Shown piece after piece: positions 45,701-55,854 of a stretch of DNA of 64,000 nucleotides. This DNA is from Amphiscolops sp. MND2022 (lineage: Eukaryota). The position numbers and the translations under genes were made by a program. How positions within the stretch are numbered: position 1 is the first letter of the stretch; every line of letters starts with the position of its first letter. Where the stretch lies: assembly GCA_964187785.1 (NCBI GenBank), contig OZ076413.1:43712001-43776000 (forward strand), given 5' to 3'. The notes under the pieces are model-generated. The model was not told the DNA's origin and did no database searches. It saw nothing but the letters and a program-made list of their open reading frames with translations.

Positions 45701-48700
45701 ATTGGTGGCATTATCTGACTGCATCCTGGCAGGAGTGCCATGTCTCGCAAACCATTTGTTCAGGATAATCTTTGCAGTCGTCTGTGCGTCATATTCATCG
45801 TGTGCACATGGGATTGCCTCTGCAAACTTGGTAAAATGGTCGATGATGACTAGCAATCCATTATTTCCTGACGTTGTCTTGCACAATTTCAAATGGTCAA
45901 ATTGCACCAGGTCATTAAAATTGCTGCTGTTGATACTCTGTAGGGGGTAACAGGGATTCCCGGCGGGATGCTTCGTCTGTTGGCATGTTAAGCAATGCTT
46001 AATATGATTGACGACATCACGCTTGATGCCTGGCCAAGTGTGGCGCTCTTGTATCCTCGCCAATACTTTGCCAACGCCTTGGTGTCCTGATTCATCATGC
46101 GCTCTGTACAAGATTTCATGCTGGTAGAGCTGGGGCATGACAATCATACACGGTCGTACGTGCATCGCGCGTTGCTGCGGAATATAATTGACACATAAAA
46201 TGTCATTTTGGTTCAAGAACAGTAGGTCTTTTTTCTGATGAAAGTACCGTTTGGCAAAGTCTTGCACATCCTCGAGGAACAAAGCGTCATCCAATGGCTC
46301 GTTCTTCATGAGCTTTTTCAGCGCTAGAAGATGAACATCCCTGTTTTGAGCTAGATGTAGATCCTTCAATCCACGTATTGTCGACTGATGCTCGTGAAGC
46401 TCAGTCCCAACTAGCCTAAGGACATCAGCTTGTTCTTGACACTGCATTGGCAATCTACGCAACGCTGGGTCGCGTTTGGTGGTGTCGAGACGTGCCGCTG
46501 GCACTTTGGTTGTTACACTAAGGATACAATTTGGTCTGTCGTCTTCGGTTGATGTCGGAGTGTTTTCCCATTGCACCTGTGGATACCACGGTATGGAGCT
46601 CAAAGACTGATCTGAGGTTAGATCCTCCTTTGGTGGCTTCTTTAAAATATACAGCACGGGGAGTTGTGCTCGAGCTTCGGGTGGAAGCTCTGGATGGTTT
46701 GGGATGAATTTTCCATGTTTGTCGACATATGGCACAGTGGGGAGTTCTTCGTAGTCTTTCTGGGACATGAAGCTGAATCCCTTGCTCACTTCTGGTAGAG
46801 CTTCCACAATCTTCTCCCGATGCACGTAGTCATTGGTCCTTTTGCTAAGACCGTCTGCATTTCGGTGTTGCGTGCGTGGTCTGTGGATCGTCTTGAAGTG
46901 ATATTGGTCGAGGCGCGCAATCCAGCGTCCAATCATGGCCTGATCCATTGAATATGTCTTCAGCCACGAGAGAGCCTGGTTGTCCACGCGCAGCGTGAAT
47001 TCCCGACCTGCAAGGTAGGAATGAAACTTCTCGATAAAATAGAATACTGCATACATTTCCAGCTTCGGGGCGCCATAACTCATTTGTGTTCGAGTCAGTG
47101 ACTTGCTGCCATAAACGATGGGACGAAGAATGGTTTTCCCATTGTATTGTTGTTCTTGGTGCAGTATGCCGGCTATAGCAACTGCACTGGCATCTGTGTC
47201 CAAAACAAAACGTCCTTCTTCGTTTGGCGCTGCCAAAGCTGTGGCATCGGCTAATGCCTGTTTCACTGAGTCAAACGCTTCTTGATGTTTTTCTTTCCAG
47301 TAGAAGTGTTGGTTCTTCCTTAACAACTCCTGCATAGGTTGCACCTTAGCAGCGTGAAAAGGAATGAAGTCCCGGTAGTAGTTCGCAAATCCGAGGAAGC
47401 TTTGAAGTTCTTCTCTATTTCTCGGGGGCATCCATTCTTGGATTTTGCTAACAGCTGCCGGGTCCGGTTTTATGCCTTCGGCTGAGACTACCCGTCCGAG
47501 GTATTTGGTTTCAGTGCGCATGAAATCACACTTTTCGGCTCGCATCTTGAAACCTGCCTCTCTGAGACACTCGAACACTTCTCTGATCCTCTCCAAATGA
47601 TCTTCAATTGTTTCGGTGGCAATTACTATGTCGTCAATGTATGCCATGACAACACTTCCATGGCGTTGTTGAATCTTCTGAAGAGCTCTCGTGATCGACC
47701 GCTGAAATGTGGCCGATGCATTGCAAAGCCCAAAGGGCATTCGTCGCCATTCGAACAGTCCAAGCTCGCATGCGAACGCGGTCTTTCTGCGGTCACGTTT
47801 CTTCAGTGGAATCTGCCAAAAGGCCCACGCTAAGTCGATGCTCGTGAAGATTTTTGCACTCGCGATCCTTGAAAGACTTTCATCAATCCTGGGCAGTGGG
47901 AACGCGTCTTTCACTGTTACATCGTTCAGCGGGCGGAAGTCACAGCAAAAGCGAAGCTCGCCTGATTTCTTTTTCACCATGACAATCCCACTAGCCCACG
48001 GCGAGTAAGAGGGTTGAATCAAACCTAGAGCTAACAAATTCTGCACTTCTTGGTTTGCTTTGGCTGCTTTGTCGGGAGACATGCGCCTTGCCCCTTCTCT
48101 GTGTGGTATAGCCTCCGGCTCTAGCTTTATGCGATGTTTCGCAATTTTGCATCGTCCTATGTCGGATTTATTTTTCATGAACAGGTCATCGTATTCACTC
48201 AAAACGCTCGCTAATTTGTCTCTCGCCCCTTCCCCCCAAGAAGAAAGGACGGAAGAGAGGTCGGGGCCTGGGATCGGCTTCAGCAATAGTGGATCTGTCC
48301 TTTTGCGTTTTTCATTTTCCGATAGGCCCATCTCTGACGGCTCAGTTGAAGACAAAAAGTTCTGTGCAAAGGAACTAAACTCTGAACTCGTGTCCAAATC
48401 TAAGTCTCTGTGCACTTGATTCACAAATTCGGCTGAAAGCTTTGAAGCTTCACGACTGTCTTGAATGGGAACTGAGTTGAACACAAAATTGGTGAGCATC
48501 GCTTTCCCAACTACGGTTTGTTCCTTGATTCTTACCCCTTCTTTAGCAGTTTGGTTTCTTAGGGCTAAGAAAACTACACCGTCTTCTCCCACGGAAGTAA
48601 GTGTATCTTCTGAATCAAAAAATGAGTTGGACCTAATGCTACATGGGTGCACCATTACGTTACGAAAATGAAACTCGTTGGGCTGCTGCGTTATGATCTT

Positions 48701-51700
48701 CGCGCGCACAACTTTTCGTTCGAAAGGCCCCAAAGTAACCTCTTCGGCAGAAACAACGAATGATGGCTCTTGGTCACTGACCTCGTGAACTGCTTTGAAG
48801 ATCCTAGGCGTTTCCGGGTCACGGATGGTTACTTTCATGGCAGCCAGGTCCACCAACACGTTGTATGTGCGCAAGAAGTTCCGACCCAGGAGAAAATCCT
48901 CTGAACCAATGTGATCGGCTATGACTACAAAGTTGGTCTTCAGAGTATGTCCGCCAAGTTGAAAGCTTACGTCTTCGGCTATTCCAACGGTGGTGATGGT
49001 CTTGCCATTGGCAGCGAAGAGTTCAAGATCGTACGGTGACAGGTTCAGTTCATGCTGGGGTGCAATTTTCTTGTACGCGCTCAATGAGAGGATGGAGACT
49101 CCCGAACCGGTGTCTATCATGCCGAAGAGTGGTATCGGCTTTTGCAAAGTAGTTCCGAATGCAACGACTAGCGAGGCTCGCTCATCAATCTGGGCCTCTC
49201 CTTGTGCATCTTGCACTCCGATGTTATAACAGCGCAGTTCTTGCGTGCCCAAATACAGGCCTTGTGGAAAGTGTCCTTCCAGGACAACAATTGCATCGAA
49301 TTTCATGTCAACACCATCAACCGTGATTGCAATGGGGACTGGCGCGATTGTTTTGACCTTGTGTATTTGGGCTAGCTTGGTCTCGTCATCTCTAGTAAAA
49401 TGCGGTAAGGGTCTCGAAGCTATCGTGAGACTGGTATTGCGGCAAAGTTCCTCTTTTAGTTGTGCCAACGTGAGGTTTGGACGTGCTTTTTGTTCTGCTG
49501 ATAATAGCAAGTGGATAGAAATTAAAGTCTCAGTACAATCAGGTGCTGGGGCTTCAAGCGTCGTCAAGATTTGTTTTTCACCGCAAGTCACAACCACAGG
49601 ACGTGAGGGGCCTCCTTCTTCTGAAATTGAGATCACCCGAATTTGATCATCAGTATCAATAATATCCGCGGAATTCGCGACAGGGGCGTACCACGCCGCT
49701 TTCACTTGTTCTTCTGTTGTTGCATTCCCAGGCACCATGCATTCGGATGCAGTGTTGCCCGTGCAATCAAAAGTGACGCGTAGTGTGGGCGGTGCTTGTG
49801 CTGGTAGTGCCGCAGGCACAACGTCGTTATTCATGCCCTGAGAGTTAGAAGGACAAGACCATTCACCAGCTGGGTTTGTTCGACATGAAGTAACTAGTTG
49901 AGGCACTGGTTTGTGTGCGCGATCTTTCAAAGTGCGATCGGCAACAAAATGTGACGGGTCGCCACAATTGACACACGCTCTAGATGGCTTCGGTGGTTGC
50001 TGTCGAACAGCCACTGGCTGTGGAGGTAGCTGCCCATTAGGCGCTCGAGGAGCCGCTGCCGGTATCGGGTTTTGGTGGCTAGCAAGTAACGGCTCTTGGT
50101 GTTGCTGAGGCGCTGGATAGTTCTCAGAGCGGATGGGGCCGCGCATATGCAAGTATTGTTGTACCGTGAACCGTAGTGCTTCCACTGTTGGAGGTGTATC
50201 CACGTACTGTTCTTGTGCGTACATGAGTGCGAGATTTCGCTTCAACTCAAAGCTGCGTACCCCTTCGATGAACCTCTGCATGATTTCGTAACGCCTTACA
50301 GTAACGTCCTCGTTAGGAAAACCTTGGCTGCGCAGACCTTCAAGAGCGTCAAGATATTGCATATAGTCTTCGTTGTCGGACTGATTGCGTGTACGGAACT
50401 GCTGTTGTATTTGGAACTTGCTAGATCCGGTTCCAAATCGACGCGCTAGTAGCGCAAAGACTTTTTCATCCGTGTCGCGCTCAGCCTCGGATTTGTTCAT
50501 GATGTAGTCTTGTGCCTCATTCTCTAGGAATTCAACGATGGTCCATGCTCTGTCCAGTGGAGTATCCTTTGCGTGTGCTTTCTCCAAATAACGTTTCATG
50601 AGCATTAGCCAACCATCTATTATCCCGTCGCGCGTACCGCGGTATTTTGTTGGTATATTTTTGGCTTCTTTTGCTGCTAGCAATGGTTCCAAACCCTTGG
50701 ACATCGCGGTTGTTATTGCTTCGGCTAACGCTTGCCCATGTATTGTGTTCGGTGTATTGCTTTTTGCAGCATCTTCTACTGTTTCTGGATTCAAGTTTCT
50801 TTGATCGGGTTTCGTTCTGCTCTGGCGCTGAACTACTTCTCTATTGGTGGGTTGCTGAATTGAAGATTCATTAGTGGATGGTACGTTCGCAGGGTTTAGT
50901 GCCACCGGCACAGGTGAAGGACGACTTGGTACCGTCGCCATTATAGCTTTTACACCTAGGGTTAAATCTTGAACTGTAGTCATGAGGTCCACCATGCGCT
51001 TGTCGACGTCTATGTCTCTGCGATGCATGGTTTCGGAAATGAGCGTCAGTCGTTCATCGGCTTGGTGATCTCTTTGCGCCATTATCGCAGTCATTTCCGA
51101 TATGAGCTTTTCAGTTAAACCCTTGACTGATGCCATTGAGGTTTCCATTTTGCCCTGATTGATGTGCCCTTCCATCTTCATTTCAATTACTCCTCTTCTC
51201 AGTTCCTCAATTTCTTTCATTAAGACTTCAGCTGGCTGAGCATGGTCACCATTCTCTTGGACTAAATTGGCTTGGACTTGTTTCAACTGTGCTAAGCTCC
51301 GTCCCAAGTCTTCCCTGGTGGCTTCAGTTTCCTTGATGCAGCCAGTGATGGTCGAGCTTGGGGACGCTATGCTATCTGAGCCTGAATATTGGGAAATTGC
51401 CGTCCTTCCTAGTTGGAAGGTACTAGGGCATAGCAGAGGTGATGTGGTTAAGGTATAGTTCTGGAAGTTCACCTCTTTTATTGTCTCCCGCTTTCCCAGC
51501 TGGTTTCCTGGAGGAGTACTTGCGGTGTCAGCAACAGCGTTCCTACTAGCAGCAAACACAGGAACTCCGGAACCCAGCGGGTCCACATCCAGACTCACTT
51601 GTGGTGTAATCTCTCCAAAGGCCGTGCCTGCATTCTTGTTCTCTACCCATTTGCTGATGTCCGAGCTAGTAGCTTGTTCTACATTCGAATTTGGCCAATC

Positions 51701-52039
51701 TGCCCAGGCAATCGCAGAGTTATTCACGGGAGGCCAGATGCTGCCACAGTTCATGGCAGTGTCATTTACAAAGTAAGCGCTATCCGAAGATGCTCGAGAG
51801 GAGTTTAGTTGGCTGATGTATGCCATTTGCGAGTTTTGCTCGGCATTTGACATGTTATTTGACATGACGTCGTATAAAAACATGTTCGCAATCATGTCAT
51901 CCGCTGCTATCTCAGCACGTGCACTAAGCCTAGACAAGTCCTCTACATCGCTTACAAATGGATTCGTAGCGTGGAAGCCACTAGACTGCCTGTTCGACTC
52001 ATTCAAAGACTTCAGATACTCAATCTCGCCTGATTTCAT
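42764..52039 (-). CDS. gag-pol: Single-ORF Gag-Pol polyprotein (3091 aa): Gag, PR, RT, RNase H, IN, AT-hook, Cys cluster, tandem macrodomain-like tail
   Basis: IDTGS, YIDD, LDTDAS, HHCC, DDE. The CCHC knuckle is degenerate (CVNCGDPSHFVADR). Confidence 0.95.
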   Translation of the reverse strand: MKSGEIEYLKSLNESNRQSSGFHATNPFVSDVEDLSRLSARAEIAADDMIANMFLYDVMSNNMSNAEQNSQMAYISQLNSSRASSDSAYFVNDTAMNCGSIWPPVNNSAIAWADWPNSNVEQATSSDISKWVENKNAGTAFGEITPQVSLDVDPLGSGVPVFAASRNAVADTASTPPGNQLGKRETIKEVNFQNYTLTTSPLLCPSTFQLGRTAISQYSGSDSIASPSSTITGCIKETEATREDLGRSLAQLKQVQANLVQENGDHAQPAEVLMKEIEELRRGVIEMKMEGHINQGKMETSMASVKGLTEKLISEMTAIMAQRDHQADERLTLISETMHRRDIDVDKRMVDLMTTVQDLTLGVKAIMATVPSRPSPVPVALNPANVPSTNESSIQQPTNREVVQRQSRTKPDQRNLNPETVEDAAKSNTPNTIHGQALAEAITTAMSKGLEPLLAAKEAKNIPTKYRGTRDGIIDGWLMLMKRYLEKAHAKDTPLDRAWTIVEFLENEAQDYIMNKSEAERDTDEKVFALLARRFGTGSSKFQIQQQFRTRNQSDNEDYMQYLDALEGLRSQGFPNEDVTVRRYEIMQRFIEGVRSFELKRNLALMYAQEQYVDTPPTVEALRFTVQQYLHMRGPIRSENYPAPQQHQEPLLASHQNPIPAAAPRAPNGQLPPQPVAVRQQPPKPSRACVNCGDPSHFVADRTLKDRAHKPVPQLVTSCRTNPAGEWSCPSNSQGMNNDVVPAALPAQAPPTLRVTFDCTGNTASECMVPGNATTEEQVKAAWYAPVANSADIIDTDDQIRVISISEEGGPSRPVVVTCGEKQILTTLEAPAPDCTETLISIHLLLSAEQKARPNLTLAQLKEELCRNTSLTIASRPLPHFTRDDETKLAQIHKVKTIAPVPIAITVDGVDMKFDAIVVLEGHFPQGLYLGTQELRCYNIGVQDAQGEAQIDERASLVVAFGTTLQKPIPLFGMIDTGSGVSILSLSAYKKIAPQHELNLSPYDLELFAANGKTITTVGIAEDVSFQLGGHTLKTNFVVIADHIGSEDFLLGRNFLRTYNVLVDLAAMKVTIRDPETPRIFKAVHEVSDQEPSFVVSAEEVTLGPFERKVVRAKIITQQPNEFHFRNVMVHPCSIRSNSFFDSEDTLTSVGEDGVVFLALRNQTAKEGVRIKEQTVVGKAMLTNFVFNSVPIQDSREASKLSAEFVNQVHRDLDLDTSSEFSSFAQNFLSSTEPSEMGLSENEKRKRTDPLLLKPIPGPDLSSVLSSWGEGARDKLASVLSEYDDLFMKNKSDIGRCKIAKHRIKLEPEAIPHREGARRMSPDKAAKANQEVQNLLALGLIQPSYSPWASGIVMVKKKSGELRFCCDFRPLNDVTVKDAFPLPRIDESLSRIASAKIFTSIDLAWAFWQIPLKKRDRRKTAFACELGLFEWRRMPFGLCNASATFQRSITRALQKIQQRHGSVVMAYIDDIVIATETIEDHLERIREVFECLREAGFKMRAEKCDFMRTETKYLGRVVSAEGIKPDPAAVSKIQEWMPPRNREELQSFLGFANYYRDFIPFHAAKVQPMQELLRKNQHFYWKEKHQEAFDSVKQALADATALAAPNEEGRFVLDTDASAVAIAGILHQEQQYNGKTILRPIVYGSKSLTRTQMSYGAPKLEMYAVFYFIEKFHSYLAGREFTLRVDNQALSWLKTYSMDQAMIGRWIARLDQYHFKTIHRPRTQHRNADGLSKRTNDYVHREKIVEALPEVSKGFSFMSQKDYEELPTVPYVDKHGKFIPNHPELPPEARAQLPVLYILKKPPKEDLTSDQSLSSIPWYPQVQWENTPTSTEDDRPNCILSVTTKVPAARLDTTKRDPALRRLPMQCQEQADVLRLVGTELHEHQSTIRGLKDLHLAQNRDVHLLALKKLMKNEPLDDALFLEDVQDFAKRYFHQKKDLLFLNQNDILCVNYIPQQRAMHVRPCMIVMPQLYQHEILYRAHDESGHQGVGKVLARIQERHTWPGIKRDVVNHIKHCLTCQQTKHPAGNPCYPLQSINSSNFNDLVQFDHLKLCKTTSGNNGLLVIIDHFTKFAEAIPCAHDEYDAQTTAKIILNKWFARHGTPARMQSDNATNFTAEIAQELMKASQVTKVTSTPAHPRGNGLVERQNRTLLTLLRVYTSRRMLDWDEHIDGVLGAYNSTRHATTGFSPYMLQHGAEKSIPLSFIYPEFAAREFESKEEFVEHLLARQQEIHELVRRNTHQAQIRQKQKFDRHLKAKAHAVGDAVWVFCHIIPKGGTRKLLRAWRGPHKVTDVLQDGRLYVLDTGQKVHFERLKKHVPAPWDWAAHQPFGLDQNVAIVADPYVEESNEEITSDISQDSFLPEQLPEASFEMEPTAPVPPRTIQTRTQSALERGIPRRRFSHFGYPSESESDREPMDQPIEEPQQPMIHPDIDDLEPLYSDQEEVLPEPAPSLVPSPSGTSAPLLSNSALTDTLSNFPLFSSRAGSSVGLELAEEAEPQEGTDREIQEPGQSMETLPSSGRTATRRGRPRGRPPGRRRGSTTSSSRTLTGAHRPYTRARGRVRARAQSQTLERAMTLPNIAESISPEQREAEQPTPSQAPPYQLRRNRAPRYRCGTCGSRNCSCVNLVEVRTPDKRLARGVDAPALDLADIEIFEDHIQHTIRSIHAKDQDVPQVHHVVISIEKTYSSIGPGVVPPLETTLKAMQGTPPSDCPTYRFKEWTWHDKSGLEFTLAAIIPPLPPSMVFGKIEPEDTKVAMVRCITAQKLWQQYGVTSPPGDVYHPTAGWWLLVTSLDETSPVNPGTLLICLENLRTLVEFEDTLCFHLADIYRGKFLSQHWLQLLAITFCRQSKIRLLDKHTYTFENPVTVLEALSVVHDWSCTNLGDRPLRRTVWQDRKAILDHLKPSQDNQSTVTGKLLTTHPKVKPNYLPWISYDETDILQARGTVVICCPVDLLSYSAMARYVIREYGQEEIFKLRPAVGKAIHLAKSPDAPWNNDMFLLFTRASNKHPTLHDVLHLCLTDLVQKLAQAQITRVHLPIYDPERSFNILPAWYSMLRDHFIDSDVDIVLHDRVYVSIASVKAHPSHVKHKLD

Positions 52040-53235
52040 GCTCGATGGACTGCTCTGACTACTGTTTCCTCTGGTAACCCAGCTTTTGAACAGGGCTTTG
52101 GCTTTTTTTATTACTCACTCTATCTCTCTTTGTGCAAAGTCAAACGCAAGACAAACAAAAATAGGAAGTTTTCGATGTACTCCCTAACTATTATTTAAAC
52201 TAAACTATGGGACCACTACGTTCTGGAGCTCGCAGCTCGTGGTTGCTCTCTAGATTCTAAATCGAAAATAGTTGGCCTTCACAAACCTCAGACTCCAGAT
52301 TACATGCACTAATTAGAACAAAGGTTTGCTTCCCCACTAACTGGAGATAGTTATCCTACGAAAAGTTAAAGTTAAGCCTTTTAAGTTTTTTTTTTTGAGG
52401 TACTTTGACAAGCTACTTGCACTAAACTACGCTTAATCCAGCCACAGGCTACGCGGTGGGAGCGAACAAAAAGGTTTTGGCACGCTAGCAAGGTTTTACG
52501 GAGGTTTATTCAAGAAATCACCGTACTTTGCTTCACAAACGTGCTTTATGTTACTCGCACTGCCCTTTATGAGGAGAGCACAAGCAGGGTTACTACAAAT
52601 AGGGAACTCGGGGATAGACCTTGGGGGTGAGTAGATGCTAGGAGACTAACAAACAAGAGAGTTTTACTAATCTGATGATTACAAGATCAATGGAGACACG
52701 GTTCTTCACACTTTCAGATGCTACTGTACTTGATGTTCTTTTGCGAGACGCAGCGCGTCCAAAGTCTTAGTCTCCTAGGAAACTCTTAAATGCGTTCTGG
52801 CTCTCACACGCTGCCTCTCAGTCGAAGTGTGCGCGGCAATAACTATCAGTTCGCACTTAGGTGACTCTGGTGGCTGTTGGTAGAGAAAACACGATTTTGT
52901 GGTTTTTCACTTCTAAGTCTCGTAGACAATTTTTCCACGAACCCAAGATCTTAGGGTTGAGCTAGCCCTATACTGATTGCCTCGGCAAGACGTGCTATGG
53001 GTGCCTGGTGTAGAACTAGGGTCGTTGGAGCACTCACTTGCGACTATACCTACGAAAAATACGTAATTTTTCGCAAAATTTCTCAAAATCAGCAACTTTT
53101 TCGCCGATATGCACGCCTGGGGATGGTGAAAATCACTTCTAGAGCTAATAGCGACCTGAAAATTTAACACGGCATACTACAGTGGCTAAATCGTGGGAAA
53201 CTAACCGCTGATTGCGCCAAAATTGTTTCCTCGTG

Positions 53236-53253
53236 ACTCAGGGTCGCTCACCA
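53236..53253 (-). other. Internal PBS-like motif (TGGTGAGCGACCCTGAG) directly after ...GTAACA
   Basis: Minus strand reads GTAACA-t-TGG, a typical LTR-end/PBS junction; possible relic LTR at 53255-53975. Confidence 0.45.
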
Positions 53254-55098
53254 ATGTTACTTGAAAAATCGACTATGTTGCGAAATTCACACAAGTTTGT
53301 CAAACTCGCCTTCCAGGCTTCCTAGCTACTTGAAATTTTGTATGCGAGCGTGAATTATGCCCACGTAACAGAAAAGCAATATAGCGGGGTGCCCAGGTCA
53401 ATATTTCGCAATCCGAGTCGACAAAACTATGATGTACCCTGTATGTCACTTTCAGGGGCTAAAACTCACAAAATTGTCAATTTCTCCAAGTTGGACAGTA
53501 GCAAGCTGCTCAAAATGCACAAATCGTCGGGATCTAGTGCCGTATATACGAAAATGTAAGAATTTTAGTGCTGGGATACCTGCAAGGTGTAGCACTATGC
53601 TCAACTAAAATTCAATTTTTTCGACATTTTCGGATCATTTTTGAGCAAAACTGCGGCTAAGATTTCTCAATCACTAGTAATGGTAGCGCTACGAAAATTA
53701 CACCACTAACGTAACTTTTTGCGGTCTACACGATGGTGCAATCCGTTTTGGGCTACTCCTGCTAGGAGAGATTTCGACCTGTCTTGGGCACACTACTCCA
53801 GTGTTCCGAAAATGTCGCAAAAATAGCACGTTTTGGGCTATTTCTCAACAACCACTGGTTGGAATCACTCGCGGTTTTCGGCGTTAGTAATCTAGTACTC
53901 TCTACTAACAGAAAATAGGCGAGCGAAACCTGGCAGGTTCCAAATAAGGTCTCTCAAAATTGATTTTAGGTTACACCTTGGACACTCTGGGAACACCTAT
54001 GAAAAACACGTATTTTCCCTAGGAACTTTTTATTCTTCGGTTCCCAGAGGTTCAGAATAGTTCTAAACGTAATGTAGTAAGGCGTAATAACTTTATTCAG
54101 GGGATTGGGATTGTTTCAATTATTAGTTTTGATGTTATAACTCTCAGGTCTATGGGGTCCTCTACTCAGGTCTATGTATAACAAAAGAAAATCAGGGGTT
54201 AAAGTTTCAATTTATATTGGGGGCTGCTAAAAATTGTGTTGGCAGTAATGTCTCGTACCACCAAGCTCGGGAACAACGTTTTTGGGGCGGTCTAAAAGCT
54301 TGGGAACAAGCGCCCAAGGCTTCGCCCTCACCAATTTTGGTCTTCTAGGCCAAAATTGATGTTTCTTCAACAAAAATCGCTAAATTTTTCGGTGTTTCAG
54401 TAATTTAGCCTAGCAAATTTTTCTGTTCCTGACCTAACAGGTCTGATGGAACGTTTTTATTGTATTCCCACTGGCCGTACACAGTTCTACAAAATTTTGA
54501 CTTTTTAAAACTGTAAAATCGATATTTGAGCTATATAGAGTGTTGTTTTCAAGGTTTTCGCACTCAAATTTTTTAAAAACCGGTCCGAACACCCGCTGGG
54601 TATTTTTCTCAGTTAGTTTATGTGGGAATAGGCCTGGGAAAATGCTGTTTGGGCTGCTAAATACAAGGGGAACGAAATAACCCAGCTATCGTCGTAGAAT
54701 CGGCAGCAGGGAGGGAGGTAGAGGCTATGACGTGAAGTACCTGACGTCTGTCACTCAGCTAGCTGGGGTCTTCACGAACCGTCCTCCTGGTCCCCATACA
54801 TTGCCAATTTACTGAAATAGAGCTACAAAACCCTTTAAAACCAGTTCCGGATAGGCCGGATTCACTTTTTCAATAGGTATTCTCAAAATACAAGGGGTAC
54901 ACCGTCTGAAATCGTCGATTTTCGGTTCCAGACCTCGGAAATACGCAGGAAACGCAGGAAAAACACTAGTACAAGGCCCACAGGGCTAGAATAAGGCAAT
55001 AAAAACAATCTAGGACTCACCAGCAAATTTCCTAGGTCCGGACCTAACAGGGCCGGAAAGCAGGAAAAACTCCTAATTATGGCGAAAAGATGGAAAAT

Positions 55099-55116
55099 GT
55101 CCCTTGTGGGGCGCCA
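55099..55116 (-). other. PBS-like motif TGGCGCCCCACAAGGGAC (tRNA-Lys-like)
   Basis: Resembles the Lys PBS TGGCGCCCGAACAGGGAC; lies 16 nt from the LTR edge. Confidence 0.6.
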
Positions 55117-55132
55117 TAAAAACTATCCTAGA

Positions 55133-55854
55133 TGTAACGTCAAGCTAACAGCTACATTCTAGAACTGGGACAATGCCCAGGTTGCTTGAACAAGAGACCA
55201 GTGCCTTACTACAACCTAAACATCAGTTTTTAGTCCCAAAATGGTCTCAGTAGGGACTTTTCCAAAACGCCGTGGAGACTCCTCATATTAGAGCTCCGTG
55301 GCGACGTGCCGGCACACTCCAAGTCCGGACACGTCCCACAAGCCTGTAAAAACAATTCCTAATGTTCCTGCGTGCTCCTACATACCTCCGAGGTCCAAAA
55401 ACAGGGTCTAGCTGAAACACATTTTATTGGGGGAATAAGTTCTAAATCCACCAAAATAGGGATCTAGTAGATCCACTATCATCGCAAACCTGCTAAACAA
55501 CATCAAAAACATCTAAATAAACTGAATTTATCACATTCGGGGTTTGTATCCAGTCTTCAGGGTTCTTTGGGCAACCTTCGAAAAGATACTTCTTTCTTCT
55601 GGGTCATTTTCTGGGATAGATGGCACAAAACCGCGTTTTTGTGGCAGTTCTCAGTTCTTCTGGGGTCTCTGGCACTGTCCTCTGAGATTTCGAGGGTTTT
55701 TTCGGGGTTCTCGGGCTTTTTTCGGCTCTTTTTTGTCCTTTTTTGGGGACCTGCTAGGTCGGCCATTTTGAATGCTCTTATTTGATATCGCACACTTTTT
55801 GAATTTGAACGAAATTTTCAAAAATTGATATAACGACTTTTGCTGGACGTTACA
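55133..55854 (-). repeat. 5' LTR of element C
   Basis: Copy of 40767-41488. Confidence 0.95.

Larger units (their letters stand above)
40767..55854 (-). mobile_element. Ty3/Gypsy LTR retrotransposon C (15.1 kb), related to element A
   Basis: 722-bp direct repeats at both ends; minus-strand PPT CCCGGGGAGGA next to the left LTR; PBS-like motif near the right LTR; gag-pol inside. No clean TSD. Confidence 0.85.
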
